Of a stretch of DNA of 64,000 nt, positions 53,227 to 64,000 are shown one piece after another. The translations under genes and the position numbers were made by a program. Under the pieces are notes generated by a model that saw only the letters and a list, made by a program, of their open reading frames with translations, was not told the DNA's origin and made no database searches. Every line of letters begins with the position of its first letter. Position 1 is the stretch's first letter. Source of the DNA: Auanema rhodensis (Eukaryota; Animalia; Nematoda); NCBI GenBank assembly GCA_964057225.1, contig OZ059897.1, positions 6,944,001-7,008,000 on the forward strand, given 5' to 3'.

Positions 53227-55175
53227 ATGTCTGTAACTGCCAAAAACTTTTATCGAAGGGCTCTACCAGATACCTGCATTGATTTTTCTTCGGAAGCTGG
53301 AAAACAACTTTTTAAAGAATCCTTAGCAGAGGGTATCTTATTTAAGCAATATGTCTGTGTATTTATTTTCCAATTATAGGAAATGCTGAAGTATACTTCA
53401 AACTGGCTGCACAATTTAAAACTCAGGATGAACCAGCCTATTGTGGACTCAGTACTCTAGGTTTATAACTTATTTTCTTAACCTTAATAAAAATGAATCA
53501 GTTTTATTAATATTGAACAAGGTTTTATGATAATTACTTTTGTTAAACTAACTTCCTCATTTTCCTTTTCATTTTCCTTTGTTTATGAACGGTAGTTTTT
53601 CTGTTTTCAACAGGGGTTTGATAATTTAACAAGCTAGACACAATTTTTTCTTCTTCTACTTTTAACATAATATGAATTCAATGAAAATGTCATAGTTATG
53701 GTTCTGAATGCTCTTGAAGTTGATCCAAAGCGTGTTTGGAAAGCACCATGGCGTTGGTATCATGAAACAATGCTAGATTGCTGTGTGCCTTTGGAGAATG
53801 TTAAGAAGTAAGCCAAATGAGCTCATATATGTAGTATATGAAATTATAGAACTGGCATTAACCTGATACAATTTAATTGCCTAGCTGTTTGTAACCGACT
53901 TCGAAGTACTGCTCATCACGCTGAAGATAACGAAGGTATAAAGTATTGTCCTGCTAGCTGATATACACCTATGTTGTGGACAAACATAAATTTATGACGT
54001 TTTTAGATTTTTTATCCCGTTTACGGAGAAATGTGTTAGAGAGTGTACGTGGTGAATCATCAGCTTTGGTAGCAGCTTATGATAGGTCCATATTGGGTCA
54101 AACAGGCTCTGGTAAACATAATTTAGTACGATTCTCTAATAAAGCATGAAATTTAGGACATTTTTCTCCACTAGGAGCTTATCATTCAAACTCTGACAGC
54201 GTTTTAATTATGGACGTAGCTAGATTTAAATACCCTCCACATTGGGTTCCGTTACAGCTACTTCAAAAGGCTATGTGCTCTGTAGATAATTCAACAAAAA
54301 AATCACGAGGTTTATATTTAAATTTGGTGTAGGTCGTTGATCTTCGAATGTATTTGTCCTAAAAAATATTGAGAGTTCTATTTGAAGGATTCATTATGCT
54401 AAAACTAGAAGAAGATTCGAGACCTCTAGTCATGTTTGGCATCAAATGCAATCTTAGTTGTAATGATTCGGAGGTTTCTTTAATTACTCAGCATATTGAA
54501 TTGTGCAACCATATTTAGTTCGCTTCCTCTGTGCTTTCTTGGAATGAATTTTTAACTGCTGGGCCTTTGCCTAAAGAGGAAGAGGAGTTGTATCTATGTT
54601 GTCGTAGATTTGCTCAATTTTTTTCTCCTCACGCTCTTTGTTGTACGAGAAAAAATTTAGAAGAAGAACAAGAAAAGGTACAAAAGCTTTAATATTATAC
54701 AAAAACAAAATCATTACCAGACTGATGCCATGTACTGTACCGACGAATTTTCTGAGGCTTGCCGTATAGTTTGTCAGGAAATTCGGGAGACTAGGATTTC
54801 TAAAATTTTCCAAAACGGCGCGGTTGCAGCGCTCATGATAGCATGGCCTTATCAGGTGTGTTTTTGTTCTGAATTGATATTTATATTTTCTTGATTACTT
54901 GTCCTCATTTGAGACATTTTTAGAAAGAATTATCTGAGAGGTGTGATAGATTATATAATCTGACTCGCGAATGTATTAAAGGGTTTTCAAAAGAAACAAA
55001 AAATGAAATAGGTAATATTTTATATTTTGCTCAAGTTCATCCTGGGTTTTCAGCTGTGCTCAACACTCAGCTGATGACCATGATCATGTGCAACAAACCT
55101 CCTGCGCGATTTGGTGAATCTAATTCAACTGGTGTGGTGGGTTCATCTGACTGTAAATGCAAAAAGGAAATATAA
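53227..55175 (+). CDS. pcs-1: Phytochelatin synthase
   Basis: FYRRALP; [24 protein letters not shown]; [12 protein letters not shown]; [15 protein letters not shown]; [13 protein letters not shown]. The Cys/His/Asp triad is intact and the C-terminus is Cys-rich. Confidence 0.96.
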
Positions 55176-55316
55176 TCTAGTAGAATGTGTTGAAACTTAT
55201 TATTTAAACAGAGAATTTGGAACAAAGGATATCTGTTCATAAACAGTAAAATCTAATCATAATAAAATTTATTGCTTATTGCTTATACGGTTTTATAGAA
55301 TAATTGAAATCAATGG

Positions 55317-56351
55317 TCAAACATGCTTGTTTTCTGCCAGTTCGTATTCTTTTAGGTATTCAGTCCTATGAGTTGTTATTCTGCATATATATTCTTGTGT
55401 ACTGCTTCTTATAGCATCGATATCATCGGCTACCCACCCACCAAAGGGCTTGAAGTCGTCGAAGGACGGGTTAAACATTTTGGAAGAATGAAGCCTATGA
55501 AAATTAAATAATCGTGGAAAATAAGCGTTCAAATAACATTACCATAAAGGTATTTCTTGATCGTTGTTACTGACTGTTCCGTTGTAATCTTTTCCCTCTG
55601 CAATTAAAGCCCAATCATCAGGGTTGGTTAGAATACCAACTTTAAAGTGCTAAATAAAATAGATGTTGATGTTAAAAATTGATATCCTACGCATTTAGTA
55701 GCTTCAGTAATAAAGCTTTTAATGAAATCAGTATTCTCACCAGGACTACGCATATTCCATTGCGTTGGTTGTGTAACCTATGAAATATGATTAAGTTTAA
55801 AAATATGAACAAATGGTATACCCAAAGCCAAACAAACTTCACATCCTGTAACCTACAAGATTTACCGGTCAATCTTTTATAAAAATCGCTAAATACTTCT
55901 GCTCCTTTCATCATTCCAGTTGAGCTAGCTTGCAAGTAAAGCATAGGATCAAGTGCAGCTGCAAGATACTTATTGCATATTCAAATTAAAAATTTTTTTG
56001 TGTTAGCATTTGAAATGTGGTTGCTCTTGTAACTAAGCAAGTATTACCTGCATCGCATACTTTATAATTGCCACAAGCGTTGACATCATATGCTCCTTCT
56101 GCTTCTAAAGTCCAAGCTCTTAATATAAAAATATTTATGAAATGTTTTGTTTTCTTGAAGTACCTAATGAAGACGCCGTCAATCTTCTCAGATTTCAAAC
56201 ACCCTGCTTGTTCTGAAGTAATTGGATCGGTAACTTCTATGGCTTTTTTGTATCCCCTCTGAAATATTAAATAATAAATGAATATATGTATATATGGCCA
56301 TACCGCTACAGCAACACCAATAAGCAAAATGATCAGAAGTGAATTTTGCAT
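55317..56351 (-). CDS. Protist-type (GH25-like) lysozyme-like secreted protein, copy A
   Basis: Signal peptide; AIEVTDPITSEQAGCLK..GVFIRAW..GAYDVNACGNY; FVWLWVT; VGILTNPDDW; LW; FDDFKPFGGW. Confidence 0.85.
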
Positions 56352-57976
56352 TGTCCTTTGATTATCAGGGAAATCTTGCGATCTCTCTTTTTATACAAAT
56401 TTACTTGCTGTTTTTGGGTGGAGCTTTGAAAGATAAAAACCGAAGCATTTTCAATTCTTTAATATTTGAGTCAAAGTTTAAACAATTTGTCTAATAAACT
56501 ACAGATAAGTTATCATTCGTAATTCTATTCAATTCAACTTTATAAAAATTTAAATTCGAAATAAATTTTAATGTGTAATATATTACAGATAAGTTATCAT
56601 TTGTCGTTTTGGTCAATGTATTTAATGATGATGTCACATTCATTATTCTTACAGGTTGATTAGATATTTCTGCTTTAAAAGTTTTATATTTATTGCTGAT
56701 AAACCAAAATTGTATTTTAATAGACAAGTTGTTCATTCACTAATCTATTCGAATGCTCTATTGTATATATCTAAGTTACATTGTACTTTACAGTAATGGT
56801 TGACATTTTGAGAATACATTTTAGCATCAACCAAACTGATATTCCATCCATTGAATTCTGCGAAATCCGAGAAGTTTTCACCCCCGGTTGTTGAATACCT
56901 AGGAACAATAATCATTTGGATAAAATTAGAATAAGCAATACCATAACTTATGATCTTTCCCACTGTCACTTATGCAATTTTGGTCACTGTCTAAAGTAAT
57001 CAATTTCCAATCGACCATATTAGTAAAGATACCGACTTCATAGCCCTTTATAAAATATAAAAATATACAGAGTAGAGATTTTAAAAACTCACTTCTGCCT
57101 CGGCGGCTCCGACAAAACTTTTAATGAATGCTATATTCATATTGGGATCACTCGTTACCCAATTAGTGGCGTTGACAACCTGTACAATATGAAAAATGAA
57201 GTAAATATCAATTCATATATTTATATACTTGAAGCCAAATGAATTTTTCATCTTTCATACCACAGTTGTCTGCCTTTAAAGATTTACTTAAAGCTTTAAA
57301 CTGTTCATCACCGTTTGCATTATCTTTGGATACATAGGGCACCACGTAAATCATTACATCAAGACCAGCTGAAACATACTGAGTACGAGAATTTAAAAGT
57401 TTCTCTATCAGTTAATGAAGCCCGATTGCTCGTCAAATAAAACAAACACTACCTTCAATGGCGGTCCTATAACTATCACAAGCATTAAAATCAAATGTTC
57501 CACCACCTAATGCAGTGAAGGCTCTTAATATAAAAATATTTATGAAATTTTTTGTTCTCTTGAAGTACCTAATGATGATCCCGTCAATCTTCTCATTTTT
57601 CAAACAGTTTGCTTGGGTGGAAGTAATTTTGGTTGAAATATCTATGGCATGTTTATAATTTTTCTAAAATAAATAATAAATGAATATATGTATATATGGC
57701 CATACCGCTACAGCAACACCAATAAGCAAAATGATCAGAAGTGAATTTTGCATTGTCCTTTGATTATCAGGGAAATCTTACGATCTCTCTTTTTATACAA
57801 ATTTACTTGCTGTTTTTGGGTGGAGCTTTGAAAGATAAAAACCGAAGCATTTTCAATTCTTTAATATTTAAGTCAAAGTTTAAACAATTTGTCTAATAAA
57901 CTACAGATAAGTTATCATTCGTAATTCTATTCAATTCAACTTTATAAAAATTTAAATTCGAAATAAATTTTAATGT
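56268..57976. repeat. Direct repeat of 307 bp (56268-56574 and 57670-57976) covering lysozyme intron 1, signal exon and promoter
   Basis: Aligned by eye at an offset of 1402 bp; only 2 mismatches seen. Confidence 0.92.
56745..57753 (-). CDS. Protist-type (GH25-like) lysozyme-like secreted protein, copy B
   Basis: Signal peptide; AIDISTKITSTQANCLK..IIIRAF..GTFDFNAC; AGLDVMIYVVP; FIWLQVV; VGIFTNMVDW; ENFSDFAEFNGW; CKVQCNLDIY. Confidence 0.87.
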
Positions 57977-58781
57977 ATACAGATAAGTTATCACATATTA
58001 ATTTAAGGAGACCAAGTTATATATTGTTATATTGTTATATTGTTCATTCTTTTCTAAAAGGGTCCTGAAGTATCATACAAATAATTGTATTTTGTTATAT
58101 AAAGTATTTTGGGAAAGCTGAAACACTTCTATTGACAGATTTTATCTTATAGTTTTTTAATATGACATATCGTTTATCACCAGCAATATGTTTCATGGTG
58201 ATTCTCCCTTATAGGCTTAGAGTAACTTACATTGTTTTATTTTATCATATATTTAGTAACTGGCGAGATGTTATTCTTATGACAAAGGCTAAGCAGATTA
58301 AACTATTATTTATTTCCATAGATTCTTCAATTTGGTCAAGTAAGAAAAAACAAATTCGTTCAATTTCGAACGCTTATACCTTTAATATTATTAACAGCTG
58401 ACAGGACAACTTGATGGTTAATGATTTACATATTGTAAATTCTTTTTAAAAATTATTCAAAAATTGCTTTTTCTAGTTTTCATAAACTGCTATTACCAAT
58501 GAAAGAAGTGAGTAAACTTTTGAGAAAGTCTAATATTTATTAAAAAGAATCTATAAAAATGAACTAGATTTCAAATAAATAAGAACTGTATCGTAGATTA
58601 TTGCACGGACATATATCCGTTTTCTGAAAAAAATATGAATACAAGTATGCTCTTCTCTAGGAATGTGAACAGAAATGTCGGGGATGGGTATACTAACACT
58701 AAAACATATTAAGCACTGGTGAATATTTAGTGGATTAATGAGCTACATTATCATGGCTTTATGAACTAGAAATTCAGAAGA

Positions 58782-61700
58782 TCAGTTGAATGCACCGAAG
58801 TTAGCAAAATCAGCGAAACCTCCGGCTGCATTTTGGTTAGTTGTTTGGCCAGCAAACGGGTCTCTTGAAAAAATTATTATCATTATTTATTTTTAAAAAA
58901 AACTTACACATTAGAAAAGGGATCATCGTTAACAGGGGTTTGGCGAGCTTTTGGTGGTGCTGGACGGGGAGGAGGTGTAGCTTTAGCAACATTGTTATTC
59001 TGAGTTTTTTAAACAATCACATAAGTAATAAAATTTAAACAATACCTGTTGCTGAGGTGCAAAACCATTTTGAGAAATGAAAGGATCATTAGGGAAACCA
59101 CCGAAAGCATTTGTACCGGTAGAAGAGGCAAATGGATCATGCTGAGAGAATGGATCCACATTGGCAAGACCTGAAAATCAAAAAATGTAAAAAATAGGTT
59201 CAATTAAAAAAAGCATACCACTTTGATGACCAGCAAATGGATCAGGAGGCTGTTGGAAACCATTATTCATGGATGTTGAGGCAGTTGTTGGGGAATCGTT
59301 AAACTAAAAACAGTTAATTCAATACAGACAATAGGAAGCAGAACGTACTAGTTCAGGTTTTTCGACAACAGAAAGAAGGTGCATTTTAGTTCTCATCAAT
59401 TCTGCAGCATCGGGAGAATCTAGTACAGTCTTAAAGAGTTAATTTCAAACGTATGTTATAGTATTGGGGAAATACTTACTTGCATCTCATTAACAAGGAA
59501 ATTCACTTTTTCGATTTCTTGAGTTAGTAATTCGACTTGCTTACTATCGCGATCATAATCACGTTCCATCTAAAATTAAAGATTTAAATTTTTTTTAAAA
59601 GGTGAAAAGAAACCTTAGTGAATTGGTCAACTGCTTGTTCCATGGCACGCTGATCAGTTGCTATTTGGGAAGATAAGCTTCTTCCTTCTGTTTCATACTG
59701 CGTTAGCTCGTTCTTAGCTTCCATAATAGCAGCTTGATCCCTCTGAAAATAAAGATATCAAACTATATGAAAAAATAAAAACCTCTGCACTAGCAACGCC
59801 TTCGGCAGCATCAGATTTAAGTTGTTCTAATCGAGAAGCGGTTTCAGAGCCTTTGTTAGACTGGGCAGCTCCAGCTGTTTCTAACTGTCTAATTTGCTCA
59901 TCTAAATCAGCAAGCCGTCTACCGGCTTCTCCTTTCTGACGTTCCAATTGCTTTACAGTACTCTCGAGAGTTTGCAATTCAATCTTTAACAAGATGTAAT
60001 AAGAATTTAAAAAATACAAGAATCACCTGAAGATTTTTAATGGCACTATTTTTTACTGTCATATCAGCTTCTAACTGTGCTACTTGCTCCTCAGCTTGAC
60101 TAAACATAATAAATAATTGAGGGTACATGAAAATATACAACCTCTTCTCCTTAAGCAAGTTTTCCATATCATCAGCTAATTGTCTTATTTCAGGATTATC
60201 GCTTTGAGCTGCTGTACCCAAAGAAATATTACTGACAGATGGTGGAATATTAGCATCAGGGGTCTCCTAAGAATACCATTTATATAATTGTTACTTATTT
60301 GCTAATAATACCGTTAAATTTAGACTGCGGAAAGTTGGCGGAACAAGATAATCTGGTAAGAAATTAGGCAATTCTTCTCCTTGTTTTAAACCGTTGATTA
60401 GATGCATGCTGAAAACTTCGTTTTAAAAAGGATTTCCAATTTCTATACATACGCTAAAGCAAATTGTTCTATATTTAGGGTACCATTTTTTTTAATATCA
60501 ACCAGCTCCCAAACTTTAGCTAATGCAGCTTGAGGTAGACCTGAAAATGGATGTTGGCTTAACTTTAAGATAACCTAAAAACCTGTGGCCATTAAAATTT
60601 GGCGAACATCCATTCCATTAACCAATTCATCATTGTCTGAATCACATGCTGCGAACTGAGCTGCGTAAAGCTGATAGTTCACAGGCCAAGTGCCAGCTGG
60701 GATAGATGTCTTGGGTGGTGGAGGAACAACAGGAGGACCATGAACGGGTGTAGCAGACTTAAAACTTGTAATTTATCGGTATTTACAACTTTTTTTGAAG
60801 TTTTTGTTAGTATTATTGGATTTTTCGCAAACAGCTTTAGCATCTACTTTTCTCAGCCGAGTAAAGTAAGGAGAAAATAGCGTAAAAGCTTAAGGAACCT
60901 CCCCCTCCCGAAAAAGCCAATAGTGCCGAGTTTGCGCATAGAATATTCGGCAGCTAACATCTGAGAGGCGGGACAAGAGGCAGGGCAAGTACATATCGAT
61001 CACTAGACGCTTTAGAACTAAGCAACATCGATGTGAAAAAGATTATGGAAATACATACATATAATGGCAAAGAGAAAAATAAAAATATATAAACTCATAA
61101 ACATACCGCACTTGCATTTCTTAATGACATAGGTTGAGCTGACATACTTCTTTCCTGGTGGGGGATTGTTGGAGTGATCATACCAATTCCGTCAAGAGAT
61201 GCCATACTGCCAGCGCGAGATCGAGCTGAATCATTCGAAAATATTTTCAAAGAATATCAAAATATTAGAATCACCATTGAATCCCGCAAAACTATGCGGA
61301 TGATGCATGTCTCCTCCTTGGGAGGCCATAGAGCTTCGACGGCTAAGATGAGCTTTACTTGGATGAATAAGATTTTGGGGTAAAACACCGGGAACAGGCT
61401 CATTTTGTAGTGCTCTTCAAATACATGTGGTAAAAAAAATTGAAAAAATAGATTATTAGACCTATAAACCAAATGCAATGCCACGGACATCTCAACACGA
61501 TCGAGCTGACCGTCATTATCCTGATCAGCAAGCTCCCAAATTTTAGCTAAGCTGGCTGGGTTCAATCCAGAGTTTAATAAAACAGGACGAACCTAACAAT
61601 ACGAAATCATGAATAAAGAATGAATAACAAAACAAACCTTAACACCAGGCAATTTCCCATCAATAGGGGAAAGGGAATCAAAAATTGAATCATATTTAGC

Positions 61701-62261
61701 CTATAAATATAGAATAGCACGCAATAGTAATATTGGCTATACTTGGTCTTGAGTGCTGATTGCCCACATAGGAGCACCAGATTGACTAGCAGGTGAATGG
61801 GAAGCAGGATGAGCAGGAGAACTTTGTCCTTCGGTTATTGCTGGTGGTGCTAAGCCATTAAGGTATACAGAATTTGGTTGGATTGGATGACCTGAAATAT
61901 AAACAAAGTGATTCAAAATTAAAACAATTCACTGCCTTGTTGAGCAGCAGCAATCAATTTCATAGCCATGTAAAACCCTTTTTTGTCAAGAACACCTCTT
62001 TTTTGATAATCACTAATTTCCCATATCTAAATAAACTATAATTAAACCGGTTGAATATGAGATGTTACTTGTCCGAGAATAATAGGATTAAGATTGGATC
62101 TCTTGAGAAAATTTGCCGCTTCGCCAGCTCCTATACAAGGTGCTCCTCCAGGATTTATCTAAAAAAGGAGTAAGCGCAAATAACCATACGAAAATTACTT
62201 CTCTATAATATGCTTCATATTGCTGAAGAAACGGTTGAGCAATAACTGCGGTTTCCTCCAT
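58782..62261 (-). CDS. ehs-1: EPS15-family endocytic adaptor EHS-1 (3 EH domains, coiled coil, DPF motifs)
   Basis: EH motifs (LGQIWEISDY, LAKIWELADQDNDGQLDRVEM, LAKVWELVDIKKNG), coiled coil, multiple DPF motifs, C-terminal GGFADFANFGAFN*. Confidence 0.94.
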
Positions 62262-62738
62262 ACCTATAGACAGTGAAAGAATTTAAATTTCACCAAAATT
62301 CAATGAAACCAAAAGAAACCAGAATATATTATAGCAAGAGATCGAAAGATGAGTAATTGAAAACTAATTTTATCGAAACTTGCATAAAACTTTAAAACAA
62401 TTTTGAACAATAATCTTAGCGAAAGTAATATTTTTCCGAATTATAAGCACAAGCTCTCTTATGAAAATCAATAATTAAGAAGAAGCGAAGAATTAAAACA
62501 GCATAGAATGTAACACAATATCGCAGAACCACTGCTATTCGGAGTCCAGACTCCATTGGAAAAATTATTGAGTTCAATGGATGCGGAATTTTTAATCCCA
62601 CGCCGACACTTTAAATTACGTATTCCTTTTCTTGCTCACATAATTCGAAAAGTTTTGAAAATTTAGCTAAAATGTATATTCGATTAAGCCTTAATTATAG
62701 AAAAATCCATTTTCATCGGTTTTACTTTTAATTTAAGA

Positions 62739-64000
62739 ATGAGTGACGAAGAAGATGTGGACGTACCCATGGATGAGGGCATTAGAAAATATGCCGGTTT
62801 CAATGTAACTTGCTTTCAATAAAATAATATACCTTTTTAATTTAGTTTATCCCTTTCAATAAATTAGTAGCTAGTATTGGAGGCGATAATGCTAGATTTA
62901 GTAGAAAATATAGAACTGAAAAAGATATTGGAGGAACTTATTTCGCCGAAGCTCTTACTAAATGGAACGATATGGACCATGCTGCTGACTTTGGTATGTG
63001 AACTTTCAAATTCCTGTTTTCTATTGTGTTTCAGTTGAATTCTCTGATAGTCTTCCATCTGCTGATCTGCAGACCTATGCACAACTTCTATATCATAGCA
63101 AGCTCATTATGACTAATCTGTTAGAAAAAATGAGAAACGAGGTAGCGAATATCTGAAGTATATTATTGGAATGCCTATTTCTTTTCCAGAAAACAAAATC
63201 GTCTCCAGCTTATTGTGAGATTTTAACAGCTTTAGCTAAAGATTTAAGAGATGATTTCTTTGAATATATGTGGGACTCTTTCGAAGTCATAACAAATCTG
63301 CTAGGTAATATTTCAATTTAAGCTGTACTAAAGTGTCTTTCTCCAGATTTTGGAGAACAAGATAAGGATAGTATTGAAGCATCATTTTTCTGTCTAACAA
63401 CACTGGTAAAAGTGTTATCAAAGCCTCTCTGCAAGGGAATCAAAAAATCTTTAACGTTAGTTCAAGAAAGTTTTCTCTTTTAATAATTTTTTTAAGGAAG
63501 TTTACTCCGTTGTTAAGTAGTTCTCATTCTTACGTTCGACGTTTTGGAGCTGAAGCATTTGCTTTCTTGCTCCGTAAAGTTAGTAATTTGAAGGAAGTAG
63601 CGAAATTTGCAGTAGAACATGTCAGCAAGGTTTGTTTAGTATACATGAATTTTGGCATTGAATCATTTATTTAGGCTGAAGATAATCGTTTGAAAAATGG
63701 TGTTGCTGAATTGTTTTTTAATGTCTTCAGAGGACTTGCAGGTGGCTTCCAGAGTAGTGGTTATGAGGTTACTATCCTATTATTCTTTTTAATAATTAAA
63801 AAATATTTTAAGCTCTTAAAAGACATATTTCTTGGTGTTTTTTCAATTACCGAAGAGCCTGTGAGAGAAATAGGAATAGATATCTTAGAACTAACTCTTA
63901 CATCTACTGTTCAATACGTAGTTAAAGCCAAAACGGGTGATTTAAAAATGGTTGAAAAAGTTTTATTAGTATGTTTTTAATTATTATTTCTTCGTAATGG
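62739..64000 (+). CDS. UTP20: UTP20 (SSU processome HEAT-repeat protein), 5' part; runs off the window
   Basis: FIPFNKLVASIG; FAEALTKWND; TYAQLLYHSKLIM; LAKDLRDDFFEY; YVRRFGAEAFAFLLRKV; GVAELFFNVFRG. Confidence 0.85.

Noticed and set aside
53227-57753. Recent horizontal transfer of phytochelatin synthase or GH25 lysozymes
   Set aside because: Both families are established in nematodes, and these copies are intron-rich with host-like composition.
60880-61030. GC-richer island in an ehs-1 intron (possible exon or ncRNA)
   Set aside because: The candidate exon has an immediate in-frame stop, and no box C/D, H/ACA or clear hairpin could be supported.
61925-61940. Possible GC donor in ehs-1
   Set aside because: A GT donor 3 nt away keeps the same frame, so a non-canonical site is not required.

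Overview
AT-rich eukaryotic DNA from a rhabditid-type nematode. Genes are densely packed and have many ~40-60 bp introns with degenerate TTTCAG/TTTAG/TTAAG/TATAG acceptors; acceptor-like sites just upstream of several ATGs suggest trans-splicing. I spliced about 21 protein-coding genes by hand, in this order: 3' end of a MEGF6-like EGF-repeat gene; a small secreted Gly-rich protein not evident from the ORF track; SLC12A9; a TRIM-NHL (nhl-3-like); a sigma-1 receptor/ERG2-like gene; cdc-37; cdk-11; SF3B5; SPATA20; an NHX Na+/H+ exchanger; a TDP-43 N-terminal-domain plus coiled-coil protein; two cuticle collagens; dyf-13/IFT56 with a perfect X-box; a stand-alone m-AAA-protease N-terminal module; LUC7-like; ERMP1; pcs-1; two GH25-like lysozymes; ehs-1/EPS15; and the 5' end of UTP20. 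A Pol III RNase MRP RNA gene lies between cdc-37 and cdk-11. The most notable observations are: the sigma receptor homolog has Cys at both ligand-binding acidic positions (D126, E172); the compact RNase MRP RNA; an RRM-less TDP-43-NTD coiled-coil protein; a catalytic-domain-less m-AAA module; a lysozyme pair with near-identical promoter and introns but strongly diverged mature exons; and a GT-AT intron. Gene identities come from motif recognition, not database searches. Exon boundaries were read by eye and may be off by a few bases.
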